DNA of 64,000 nucleotides from Oculina patagonica (Eukaryota): NCBI RefSeq assembly GCF_052425735.1, contig NC_135759.1, positions 29,388,001 to 29,452,000 of the forward strand, read 5' to 3'. Shown piece by piece: positions 1 to 12,110 of this stretch (position 1 is its first letter; each line of letters starts with the position of its first letter). The notes under the pieces were generated by a model. It saw only the letters and a program-made list of their open reading frames with translations, ran no database searches and was not told where the DNA came from. The position numbers and the translations under genes were made by a program.

Positions 1-3000
1 CGTATTCAGAGAAATCTTCACTCCAAACAGTGGCATTAGACAAGGTAATCCAAGAGATGTCTTGTCTGTTGTAGCAACGGCTATCGGTGGTGTAGGATCT
101 GCTAAAGGCACCTATGACTTCGCCAAAGTCTTGAAAGAAAAATTATTTCAGCCACGGCGAACTTCAAGCACAAGCTTCTACGGTGTTAGAAGGCCCGAGG
201 AATTAGCTGAAACAGTTGAAGAAGAGTTAGCAACCGAATTTGCTGTGGATCTCAATAACATGGAGAGAACAACTAACAGGATTGTCGGTATGATGGAGCC
301 AGCTGGTAGATTAGGAGCAAAAATCTTTACCGCTCTTGGGGTAGTTGCTGACGGCATTTTCTTTGGCATAAGCGTGTATGACCTCTATAAGGATTTTACA
401 GCTGACAGTAAGGACCCTTGGAAAATAGCAGACGATTTCGCGTTTGCGGCTTCTGCAGGGGTTGGAGCAGCCCTTGGTAAGTTGTGACAATTTTTTGTTC
501 AGTTAAATTATTTTTCCTGTTTTCATCTTAATCTATCTCAGATGCAATAATTTAATTCGTCACTTTTTTTATGTTACTACTTCAGCTTTGGGTTTGTTTC
601 CTTTTGTTACTATACTATAGGTATGATAAATGCTAGAAGAGCAGATAATTGCTTTATGGCATGGCGTGAGAAGGAAATAACTTATTCCTTTCATTGACCG
701 TTATTTTCATTTTTTTTAGCTAAAGAGAACGAGAAGATTTGTGTGCTTTTATAATGTTGATAAACACTTCTTTTTTAAATATATTTTTAGGAGTTGCCAC
801 CTTCCTTGAAGCTGGGGCGGCAGCAGTACCTGGCGTAGGAGCTTTGCTTGTTCTTGCGATTGGACTTTTCGCCGTAATAAGCGACGCAATTAGACAAGCA
901 GTCAGAGAGAGGCAGGAAAGAGAACGAAGATGCAAGAAATGGAAACCGTGGTGTTCTTGGGGCAAAGACCTCTTAGACCACTATGGCTTCTTGTAAGTCG
1001 TTTTGTGCATATCAACTACTGCTACTGCTTTTATTACCATGTTTCCGTATGATAATAGAGGATATTACACGGCGGCGCGAAGATATGAATTTTATTTTCG
1101 AGTGGTAAAGTAATATTTTACGAATGAGCGCAGCGAATGAGTAAAATATTGCTTTTACCACGAGAAAATAAAATTCATATCTTCAAGCCACCGTGTAATT
1201 TTCTTTTTATTATATAGACAAAAAACATGCATAAGTTAAAGTTCAAACATTTTTATTCATCAAAAGGTTAAACACGAGCGAAGGGCTAATAAAACAGTTG
1301 AGCAAATTGCATATCTGAAAGGCGAAATTACGCGAACTGAAGTTTTTAAAAGAGGGAAAGATGTATTACGTAAATGAAAAACTGTTTATTAGCTTTCATC
1401 ACTGTCACTGATAATAAAATTCGCCGTTTTTAAATCTGTTTCTGCTCAAACTCACCGCTTTTTTTATTTCTGATCGCAAAGCCTTGTAGTTCGGCAGCTG
1501 GAATTTCTTGACTTTTCCTCTCTTCGTCTCCACAAGCTAGAAGCTCTTAAAATTTCAAGACATTTGAAGTTTTCTTCTTCGTGTTAGAATTTTTCTGCTC
1601 CTCAGTAAAACATTTTATTTTGGCTTCAGTGAACTTCACGAATCGATAGACGTGTCGATAGCTCGCCATTTCCAACCGGCGTTTGGCAGTCTTGCACAAA
1701 CAACCGTGTAAAGGCGGGAAATGACGTCATCGATATCCTCACTAGTGAGGATATGGAAAATACGCCACTACAGTCCCAGATGCAGTTTCGCATGAATTTT
1801 ACGAGTGGTCTATTCTCCAATAAAACACTCGCGGCTATATAATAATTTGGTTTATCGCTTTTCCAGCAGGTTAGCACCTTTTCGTCACTGTTTTCCTTGT
1901 ACTTTCTTGCCGATATATCCACCATTCCTTCCCCCCCCCCCCCCCCCCCCCCCCAACCCAAGTTGCCATGAACCCAAAGACGAAGTTTCAGGATCTGAGA
2001 CCAAAACAGCAAAATATGGATATATAACTCAATCTGTCATCGCCGGAGCCAATACGCAATCATATTTGTTTACCGAAGGATTTGTCAACTGCGAAAAATA
2101 ATTAATCTTTCTTATCTCTTTGCCCCACAGAGTGGATAGTAGCGTAGATTACTGTGCCGAGTGCCCGCAGAGAAAGAAGCACCACATATTACGAGTTATG
2201 TGCTCCAATAGGAGGCTCCTTACCCCTGCCTTTAAAAAGGCATTGAAAAATGGATTGGGTTCTGAAAAAGACGTGAGAAGCCTGGTGCAAAGTTTGGGAA
2301 AGATTGAAAAGAAAAGTAGGTTTAAAAAAAAACTTAGGGCCTCCGCATGCAGACTAGACATTATATTTTGTTATCCGTCAACTAAACGTCGTCGACAACT
2401 ATGAAACGTAGTGTATGTGGCGAGTTGTCGAAAACAAAACGCTTAATTTTTAGTTGTCGACTGCTGCAGGCGCGTAGGAGGGGGGGTTCGAAGGGTTCGA
2501 ACGAACCCCCTTTGGAGGTCAGTAATGGAGGACTGAAAACACCAACTGTTGATTTTCAGCTTTTAGCAAATAGTGGGGGAATGGAAAACAAACTTTGAGT
2601 GTTGCAGCTTTTAAATTACCCTGCAAGAAAACGCTAAAAGTATCGGGGAAAGTATTAAATTGTTAGGAAAATATATCCTAGTGACCTAGTATTATATGCA
2701 GTCAAAATAATCCCATCGTTGGAAAAATATTTCCTTAACAGGCTTTCGGTATTTGATAAATGGAGTATCAAGACGATTGGCGGGGATTACAATTTCGGGG
2801 GACCAAGGTGATACGTGTATTTAGTGCATATTGACGCTTTGACGCCGCTTTTAGTACATTGACGGTGGAGCCGGGGGGTGGGGGCTTAACCTTAATTTTT
2901 ATCCTGAGATGCCTTTGCAGCACATGTCAAGCTTTTGTAAAACGTTTCGTTTACTAAGCCGGTAGGTATGTATGAATGTATCAAGTTAACAAAACAGCGG

Positions 3001-4684
3001 AAATTTGTTGTTATGACTAAAAATACCTGTTATATTACACTCCATTGAGTTTGAAATATTGACGTACACAATGCTGAAAATAGCATTTCCGGGCCTCTAG
3101 ATTTCAAAATATTCTGGGGGGACATGGCCCCAGACCCCCCTAGAGGCTCGCGCCTTCGGCGCTCGTATTAAATAACCTCCCTTAATAAATGTTCCTGCCA
3201 ATACGAACACCCTTCCAAAAACCTCAGCTACGCGCCTGTGCTGGCCATTCTCCCTTTTCGAAAAGGAAAAACTACTACGTTGCTGACGACTTATAGTTGT
3301 CGAGAACAACGTTTTGACGTTTTTCTCTCGTGTGTGGTAATTTTGTGCCTCAGTTGTCGATAACTATCGTTACTGCGTTGTCTTTGGTCAGTGGTTTAGG
3401 CATGCGTTTTTAATGTTAGTTCTTAGGCTCTCGTTGGCCTAACTTAGTTATCGACAACAAACACTCTGATCGTCTTCAATGTGTGAAATGCTCGCATCGG
3501 ACAGAATCAGTTGTCGATAACATTTAGTTTTCGATAACAAGTAGTTGTCGACTTGTCTGCGGAGGCCCTGATGTTGGGTAGTGAAACCCGTTTAATCCGT
3601 AGGAGAGATTGCTACACCTCAGTGACATTCTAGAACAGTTTTAATTTTACACCACTGCCAGCGAATGCTTGTAATAATAGTATCAATACTTACAATAAAT
3701 GACTGTTAGTTAAAACGTTCCATTCTTCTATTTCTATAGCTTGCCCTGCTTGGTTACGACATGTTTATTCCAAAGACCAAGGTCAGTCTATTATCTACTT
3801 TGTTCTAAAGGATACCCACATTGATTGTTAAAACGGTTTAAAGTGATGGCTTATATATTAATTTACCATGCCCCTCCCCCCTTTTTAAATTTAAAAGAAC
3901 TAATTATAACATAGACGGGCAACATTGCATCAATATTGACGTTGTTGCTTCACTACAGACCTGCCAATGTTGCATTAGTACCGGCCTGACAATAATGCAT
4001 TCATATATTTAAACATACACTGTTTTTTGTCTTTAAATAAACATAGAGGGGTGTTTCAATGTAGACTGACAATGTTGCTTGGAAACAGACAAGCAATGTT
4101 GCTTCAATATAGGCTGTCCGTGTTGCTTCAGTACAGACTGACACTGTTGCCTTAATAAAGACTGAAACAACACGTCCCTATTTAGTCGTTATTTAGGAGC
4201 AGGGGTAGTGCACTTGCATGAGGGGTTAAGCTAGGGGCTTCAATTTCCAATTCCAATTCGTAAATCCTGTCATTTCCAAACTAACAACAAGTGTTATCTT
4301 CGTTTTATACATATGTGTTTACTGCTCCTTCAACTGTTTTCTGCTTATAGGAAATAATTACTGTTTCTCCTAATATCCTTTTGTTCTCTCTCTGCAATAC
4401 ATCGACGATTGCAGCCAAGAACCAAAACATCAATGTGAAAGGGACTTAAATAATCGATGTAATGCAGCGAGAGAAAAATAGCGTTTTAGGAGGGTCAATA
4501 ATTATAATAGATAATTATTTCGGCTCACAGTATTATTGGATATATAATGCTGTGTGCCTCAGTAATTATTCATTAAATAATGACGCCAAAATAACCGCTG
4601 ATTAAAGTATTAGATGTTACTTTTTTAATAAAGTAAGTGTTTTGGTCTTGTTGTTTGTTTGTTGTTTTAGGGAAACGTCGTTGA
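1..4684 (+). CDS. 3' part of a multi-exon gene; protein with a long Gly/Ala-rich hydrophobic helical region (pore-forming toxin/translocator-like), then a Cys/Trp/basic tail ending GKRR*
   Basis: Frame is open from base 2. Hand-spliced exons <1-476, 791-992, 2131-2315, 3740-3781, 4671-4684 all have GT..AG boundaries and compatible phases (1,2,1,1). Translation: ...IFTALGVVADGIFFGISVYDLYKD...FAFAASAGVGAALG/VATFLEAGAAAVPGVGALLVLAIGLFAVISDAI...WKPWCSW...GFL/VDSSVDYCAECP...EKK/TCPAWLRHVYSKDQ/GKRR*. ATTAAA near 4762. The first two exons are solid; the last three are less certain, since TAA at 994-996 would end the ORF if the donor at 993 is not used. Confidence 0.7.
1056..1845. mobile_element. Non-autonomous hairpin-ended repeat (Crypton-like)
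   Basis: Long imperfect hairpin at 1064-1199 (ATTACACGG...CCGTGTAAT), then inverted TTATTATATAG (~1207) and CTATATAATAA (~1835). The same architecture recurs at 7.9 kb, 11.4-12.1 kb and 55.5 kb. The family name is inferred. Confidence 0.55.
2337..3568. mobile_element. PIF/Harbinger-like non-autonomous element, interrupted by a nested insertion
   Basis: TIR GGGCCTCCGCA...TGCGGAGGCCC with 3-bp flanks TTA/TGA; internal GTTGTCGA repeats. Confidence 0.65.
2467..3238. mobile_element. hAT-like non-autonomous element with 5-bp TSD
   Basis: TIR CAGGCGCGTAG...CTACGCGCCTG; direct repeat TGCTG at 2462-2466 and 3239-3243. Confidence 0.75.
3910..4165. repeat. Degenerate ~24-bp minisatellite
   Basis: Repeated unit approximately TAGACTGACAATGTTGCTTCAGTA, in an intron of the first gene. 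Confidence 0.55.
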
Positions 4685-4930
4685 AAGATGTGCGGAAAAA
4701 ACGGAAAGACAAACACAGCGAAGACGACCTCTAACAACAAAAGCAAATATTCTTGACAGCAATTAAAAGCAAATTTATTAAGACAACTAAAACGCCGATT
4801 TTTCTTGAATCACAAAGCATTTATTATGGAATTTATAAGATATAATCCACATAAAGGCCATCTTAAAGTCAACTCTAAGTTCATTTATGCAGGACTAGAG
4901 TGAATTCACGAGGATACGAAAATCAATTAA

Positions 4931-5445
4931 GGGCCTGTTTACATGACTTTCATTCCCGGAACGAAACTCGTTCCGGAATGAAGTTCGTTGTGTTTTTACA
5001 TGACAGAGTCGACTGGTTCAGCCAAAGGCATTTCCACGTGCGCGATTTTCGCGCGAGATCAAAACAAGATGGCGCATGTTTCGTGCAAACATGTTTTTGT
5101 GCTCAGTGATGGCCGTATCTGCAATTTGATCATATAGCTGCTCCCTTGGGTAAACAGTAAATGCTATTACTTTGTTTTCGCTCTGAATTCAAACTGTGGA
5201 GACCGTATGCGGTTTCATGAGTTGTAATTTCATCTCGGAACGAAATTCGTTCTGTGTTTACATGATACCAGAATGAAATGTCATTCCAGAACGAAACTTT
5301 CATTCCGGAATGAAAACCGGAATGAACTCATTCCGGAATGACTTGACTTTAGTCTCGGTATCATGTAAACAGATAAAGAGAAATGTATGGGTATGGAATG
5401 GACTCATTCCGGAAAAAGTCATTCCGGAATCATGTAAACAGGCCC
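4931..5445. mobile_element. PIF/Harbinger MITE
   Basis: TIR GGGCCTGTTTACATGA...TCATGTAAACAGGCCC; TAA TSD on both sides; internal TTCCGGAATGA repeats. Confidence 0.85.
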
Positions 5446-7358
5446 TAAGTTGCAATTTCATTGAAATGTATTTCATTCAAAAAGAGTCGCTATAAGAACA
5501 AATAAGTCAACTGAAGGAATTTATGGATACAAACGTAGTTTAACTCATTGAAAAAAAAAAAAACGAGTATCATTGAAACAAAATTCACCTAACTACAGGT
5601 AATAAGCTCGAAGCATTCCTTTCAATAGCAATAGGAAAGCTTTGAACTAAAACTATAAAAACTATATATGTCTAGTAATCTAGGGGAATGCTGTAGAGTG
5701 TAAGCACATATTTTCACCCTATCTGCTATGAATTTGGAAGTGCAAATTAATTCAATATTTACTCGCATATTCAACACAAAATTAGCCTAAAATATACACA
5801 AAAAATAACAAAAACGAAAACAAACAAAAAATGCCAAAACTGCAAAAATACATAAAAAGATTTGCTCAATTTGGATTTTATGAAATTTTGAAATATTTAA
5901 TCTTTCCGATATTTAATCTTAATCTTAGCAAGGTGCAAGGCGACAGGACCGCAATGAGTGCTCCTAGTCGAGCAAACTCGATTATCAGAGGCGTTATGAA
6001 AAGAAATTACGAAAACTAAAGACTCGTGGCCGGTCTCCTTTCGCCTCCACTACGCTTTGCAAGTCGGACATCGGCGCATTTATTCACTTTACAAGTTTGG
6101 ATTTAAATCATACGCTTGCTAAATATTGTAGGTGGAACATATATATCTATACCTAAATGTATCCACAAATATATACGCTTTAGGTCGGTTTCGCAAAACG
6201 TGCTCAAGAACAGATCATTTATTCATTTGCGAAAAGGCAAGGATTATATTGATCAGCTAGGTGCAAACACACGATGACACCCTTTTCGTCGTTATTTATT
6301 CATTTGCGGAAAACACAAACAATTGTTGGAAAGCAACTTGTTTTGCTCTGAATGTAATTTTGGTTGACGGCTTCCGTTAGTGATTTTGGAAATTTGTCTT
6401 GGAAACAATTAGTAAAATCATTTCCAGTAAAACTTGTCTAAAACAAATCCACTTAACTAGCTGGTTGAGAAGTCCTTGCATCGGCCTTATCATATCTTTA
6501 GCCTCAAATAAAACGGTTCTGCATTGTTTACCTTGGAAACTTGGAAATAGAGAATTCTAGAAGGAACTGTAAATTAAGGAAAATAAGTATTGTAAGAAAA
6601 TAGATTACTTATGATGGGAAAATTAATTACTTTTCGTAGAAGGTGTTATCAGTTGTGAGATTTCGAAATAGGAGGTTTTACCGAAACGATCCACTTGATT
6701 AGAAAGAGGAAACGTTCGCACTTCTACAGCTCAACCTCGCATAATATTGATTAGTTTTACAGATCTCATTAAAAACTATATTCGCTCACAAGAGTTTACA
6801 CCTTCGCAGCTAATTTGCTTTTGTTAAATTTCATATAGTGTTTCGTTAGTAAACTGTAATCTTTTTCATCAATTATTTCCAAGCTATTAGCTTTCGAACT
6901 AGCGAGTTTCTGTATGGAGCTTTAGTTCCTAAGATATTTCTTACTTTACAAAAATGTTCACAAACAAAGAAAACATTACATCATTTCGGTTTCTTTTGCT
7001 CTTGAAAGTCGGAACATCTGGAAACGCCTATTTCCCGCATATGAATAACACTTTATCTTGCGGGAAAGCATTTAAATTCAGAGTTTCCAATAAATAGAGC
7101 TACCTTGTAACCTAGAATTCACTCTCAACTACGCTAAGACCAGAGCTGTAATAGGCTAGAAGACCAGCCAAGAAATAAACTTGCAATACCAAAGACCTTT
7201 GGCTTCTTTCTGCTTCATAATCTGTCCTGCCACAAGAGACTAAGAATTCTCTAACATCTTTGGTGATGAACTGATAATGAAGTTAGTGTTTAAAATTGTA
7301 AGCCTCATTTCACGAAATACACTGATGTGGTGATAACAATTGAAAGAAGACTGACTCA

Positions 7359-7926
7359 GGGCCTGTTTATATGGAGGAGAGTTGTCCCTGGTATGCGGGT
7401 TACCCTCCATACCGAGCCACCCCGGGCGAGAGAGCTTTTCACAGGTTTCTTTATAAATAGCTGCGAATCGTTTACATGAGAAATTGCAAAGTTGGCTCGG
7501 GGGGCAGGGTAGCCCTGGGTGGAGGGTCCTTCGCTTTGAAGGTAGGGTGACCCTGGGATGTGCCAACTTTTTCTCCATATAAACAGTTTTTTTTTTTTGC
7601 CTCACCTACCAGGGAAAGTTGACACATACGGAGCATGCACAAACGCTAAAATCAGCAAAAACAAAATTGCAGATAAATTGAAATCAAAGTCGGTGGTAAA
7701 TTCGTCCAAAAAATGGTCTTGGTCGATGATTCAGCGTTTCTGATTTTAGAAAAAGCAGCCATAATAGATGTTTCAAAACAAATCTCACCAGTCGCCAGTT
7801 CGAGAAGGCCAAGTTTTCGTCCGGTCAACAGGGACAACTTTCTCATATTAAGGCTTGGCAAAAGTTGGCTTGGGGGAGAGGGTAACCCTCCTACCAGGGA
7901 CAACTCTCTTCGATATAGACAGGCCC
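7359..7926. mobile_element. PIF/Harbinger-like MITE
   Basis: Imperfect long TIR GGGCCTGTTTATATGGAGGAGAGTTGTCCCTGGTA / TACCAGGGACAACTCTCTTCGATATAGACAGGCCC. Confidence 0.75.
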
Positions 7927-7937
7927 TGTTTAAAATG

Positions 7938-9890
7938 ATAGAAGTAATATATCAAACACGTGCACGAGACAGCGTTTTTCATCACATTTCCAAACACCGA
8001 TCGCGAGAAGAGAGTTGAAAGTACGACGCGCAAGCAGGAGGGCATTTTGCGTGCGCATGCGTCGATATGGGCTAGTGCGCACTACAGAGAAGTTCTGCTA
8101 TCGATTGTTTACATATTTTTCACAATTTATGGCCTAATTTTCAGCTCAAAATAAAAGGTGTTTTAAGTTTTATTTGCTGTATACGATACTAAGAGCCCTT
8201 GCTTTATCTTCTGACAACAACAAGCATACTTTGGTGTCGGCGTGCCGTTTATCTGATCGACTTTGGCTATGTGTATTAAACATTGCGCGTGGACAAAATG
8301 GCGACCGAATGTCGAGAACCGTAATACCTTGCCCATGTTTTTAATAGCTGGGAGATCTAAACGGACAAAGCGCTACGGCTACTTAGTACTAAAATATAAA
8401 ACAGCAGTTTTAACTATACGATGTTATAATCAAGTATCCCGGGTTTGAGCGAGTGGTCATGATTTTGTTCAGATTTTTCATAAAACTGCAATTTCATCGT
8501 TCTCACGATGCAAAAATCTCAAAATCTAACCTTGATCTCCAGCGTCTACCGATGATATATGGAGCATGAAGTACTTGAACTATCGTCTAATGCTGCGAAG
8601 GTAGCGTTAAAAAATGGTCTATTGTGGTAGTTTTTAGCTTTCTTTAACGTACGTTCTCGCTGGTTTATTCTAACAGAGAAACATTAATCGTTTGTGATTA
8701 TTTTCTTAAACTTAAGCATTGGTCAAAATAACTTCACATTTCGATGTACCACAATTATTCCGTTGAACAAGAAAAGAATTACTGAGATCGGTCTTAATTT
8801 TAAAGTGTTATGGTAATTCTTTGCTGGTAGACTATTTGTTTACATTTTACTATGTTAATTAGTACATTTTTGGCTCTTTTATCAAAATCTAGCCTTGATC
8901 ACCAATCAAAAAATAGCATGAAACGAACAAGCGATATATATATTTTTCAGAAACGTTCTAATAACTGCTGCATAAAATGTCTTAAGAAATAATTTTTAAC
9001 TATAAACAATGTTATTTTCAAATTTTCATTTCAACGTTTGTTTCTTTAAGATTGATGTTCGTTCTGTTATAACGGCTGTTTTACTTCTGTGTCGCCTAAA
9101 TGTGATTTAAAGAACTGCAGTTCTTGTTCCAGTAAACCCTGTTTGCCAGTCGAGGGCAAGTTGGCCTTGCTTTAGAGTCATCAGTGAGCTGCATTATCAT
9201 GTGCAAAACACCCAAACATGTCTTTCCCCTCAGGGAAAACTCTTTTCTTTGGTGGCCGTCCCTTTAGGCAAAAAATCTCTCGACAAGCTATAATATTGCT
9301 CGCACTCTGCTTGTATTACAGCAATTGATTTGATGTGAAGTTTTGATCCTAATATATCACACTCCAGCACACGAATAAATGTTTTCCTCTTTTTACGGCC
9401 TGTTTGATTTTTGTCGGTGAAGGCTTTCCTACCTGTCCCACATATTTTCCCATTATTTTCAACAACGATCCCGAAGCAGGCCAGAAAATCTGCTTTATAA
9501 GAGCCTTGCCACACACAAAACACTTTTTCTTAGCGAAATTTACGTCTTTATTAAATTATGTGACGATAAACAGTACAAAAAACAAAGTTTGAATCTTCCG
9601 CGCCATTTTTATTCCCAAGATCACGCGGGCTTTGTACAGCGGTTGCACGCAAAATGCCCTCCTGCTCGACGCGCAGCGGAGTATTTTTGACGAACTTCGA
9701 GGTGTTTGGAAATGTGATGAAACACTCTGTCGAGTGGTTGATATATCTTCTCAATCGAAACTAAAACTACAACGAAAACGGAAAAATAAAATCGTCAAAA
9801 TCTATGCTAATTAAGATCAGATTTTCAAACTCCGTCACGGTTCTGATTTCCTTTGTTTTAACTAGATGAAATATTAATGAGTTTGAGAAT
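7938..9890. mobile_element. Hairpin-ended (Crypton-like) repeat split by a 1.6-kb insertion
   Basis: Hairpin arms TTTCATCACATTTCCAAACACC (~7977) and GGTGTTTGGAAATGTGATGAAA (~9701) lie on opposite sides of the 8033-9666 insertion. Confidence 0.6.
8033..9666. mobile_element. Non-autonomous DNA transposon with 9-bp TSD (Mutator/MULE-like)
   Basis: Perfect 22-bp TIR AGCAGGAGGGCATTTTGCGTGC; perfect TSD CGACGCGCA at 8024-8032 and 9667-9675; no transposase ORF. Confidence 0.85.
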
Positions 9891-9911
9891 GATAGATAGT
9901 ATAAAACATTA

Positions 9912-11087
9912 CCTTAATAGAGTGAATTCGTGTAACCCGTTTTTTATATGTTAATGAGTCGTATAATATTCTAATGTTTGTGTACAATAAAACAATACAC
10001 GAGTGGTCAGAAAACCTCAAAGAAATCACTTTAATAGTTAGACAGAAAATAAGTATCTTCGTAAACAGGACGTATCTTTCTTTAAGCACTTCAAGAACAT
10101 GTTCAACCTAAATCGAAAATTAGCGGTCTGGTTCAAATCACGCAGGATTTAGTCATTTCACATTGTTGTTTTTCAGAAGATGGGAAAGAAATTTGCCAAG
10201 AGTAATAGAACACGTGCACAGCTATTTTCCTGCTCATTAAACCTTTTGTTTGCTAAACAAAAGTTGTTTGCCATCGTGATTTGCTAAAGCTCCCCATTGG
10301 ATTGCTCGCGCAGAATTGTGTTACAGTCAAGTTTAATTTGTTTTTCTTTACGGGATGTTGAATATAAAATGTTTGTCTAAAATCGCAAGACAATTCAAGG
10401 CATGATAAATTTTAAGCCCCGTTATCTGTTTTGGTTATTACATATTGGTAAATGCTTGAATTTTAACCTGACTTCCACATGCAAATAATTACGATTTGTC
10501 CGCAATTTTCTGTTTTCCTGTACAGCTCATTTAAATATTACACGGCGCATTTGCATATAAAAAACGGGTTACACGAATTCACTCTATTATAGGAAATTAA
10601 CGCTTGTGTTAATTCAGGTATTTGAAATTAACGCGACTTAATTAACGCGAATTGGAGGAAAAATTACTTCTCAATAAAACACATGTAATAAAGGAAATTA
10701 ACACGAAAGATGGGATAACATTTCTAACTGAAGGAAATTAACGCGACGAACACAAAGAAAAACACTTGTTGAGACAACAGGAACAAGTTTAAAAAACAGC
10801 AAGGGGTCGAGCGAAGGAATCTGACCGCCTCGAGCGTTCTTCACAGTTTCAGTGATACCAGCAGATTTTCACCCTGACGAAATAATGCCTTTTCATAAGA
10901 GTGAAGAACGGCTTTATTGAGAAATTCAAGCCAAAATGATGGAAATTAAGGTCATGGAAAAATTAACTTAATACACTTAATTAACGGCGCGGAAATTAAC
11001 GTTAACAAAACTTAACGCGACTTAAATTAACGCCAAATTTTTGAAATTCGCGTTAATTTCATGATGCGTAAATTTTCTATAATAAGG
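9912..11087. mobile_element. TA-flanked Tc1/mariner-like MITE whose left end is interrupted by another MITE
   Basis: Right end GCGTAAATTTTCTATAATAAGG|TA matches the split left end TA|CCTT...ATTATAGGAAATTAACGC; many internal AATTAACGC repeats. Confidence 0.55.
9916..10588. mobile_element. MITE with ~35-bp TIRs
   Basis: AATAGAGTGAATTCGTGTAACCCGTTTTTTATATG and CATATAAAAAACGGGTTACACGAATTCACTCTATT. Confidence 0.8.
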
Positions 11088-11367
11088 TATATCCTGGTAT
11101 GAAGTTTTTTAACGAGTCTCGTAATTTAAAAGGAAACTTACTAAAGAGATGGCGTGATAATCATCGTGATTAATAAAAAACAAAGACATACAATTGATAT
11201 TTAATGGTTTTAAAACCGTGTTAAGGGGAACTCATAAATGGTCCATCATAGCACTATCAGTGCAGCTGTTTGTAATAATGAGTTACATGAATCAGTGCAT
11301 GGAACAAAACACTGATATGATAGTAAGAATATTATGTTACAATGTTATAAATGCAATAAGTTACCAT

Positions 11368-12110
11368 TAATATACAATCTTCGTTCACTGCCCAAAATCC
11401 ACGCGCGCAATTGGTTAAAATAGATCACGTGATTTTGCTTTACCTGTCGTCAGTAAACTCCGACAGTGCAGTATTGACAATAATGCACAAAAATCGTGCA
11501 TTATTGAAAGTGTCTTTAGCTTCAAGGCTTGCAGAAGTGGAAGAAAAATATATTCCTCAAATAATCAACGATCCAATACCAAACAAAATCGAAGAGGATA
11601 ACAACTTGAAGCGCTTTCATGTTCAAAGGTAAACTGCAGCTCAATAAATACCTTTTGACTTGCTTGTTGCTTGATTGTGAAAGCCATCGACTTGCTTTGA
11701 ACAAGCTTCTCGCTGACTGTATTTATGAACGACCACAGCTGATGAACGATTTTATGAACCATTGTAAGCTTTATTTCTGTACGGCTTATTTGTGATTTTT
11801 ATTATTGATCTAATCCCGTGTAATTATGTACTGCTACTCGATACTACGCTTCTTATTTTTATACATTATTGTTTGAAGTTCGTTCATATGATCGCTTGCA
11901 GTGTACTCAGATTGTATATTAAAAGGGTTAGAGTCTGTCCGTTCGTGTTTTGTTGACAAATACATGCACTTGCTGGCCTCACAATGAACTCGAAATTTTC
12001 AATACTGCACTCGGCTCCGCCTCGTGTATTGGAAATTTCTCGTTCATTGTGTGGCCAGCGCGTGCGTGTATTTGTCAACAAAACACTCACAACAGTCTCT
12101 AACCCATAAA
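11368..12110 (+). mobile_element. Crypton-derived non-autonomous element
   Basis: Inverted AATATACAATCT/AGATTGTATATT ends and a ~180-bp hairpin at 11925-12105. The peptide remnant ASRLAEVEEKYIPQIINDPIP resembles the N-terminal segment of Crypton tyrosine-recombinase ORFs; this resemblance is recalled, not searched. Confidence 0.55.

Noticed and set aside
1805-2101. Poly-proline ORF
   Set aside because: Arises from a poly-C run and a repeat end; only the part after ~1963 might be an exon, and it lacks a good donor.
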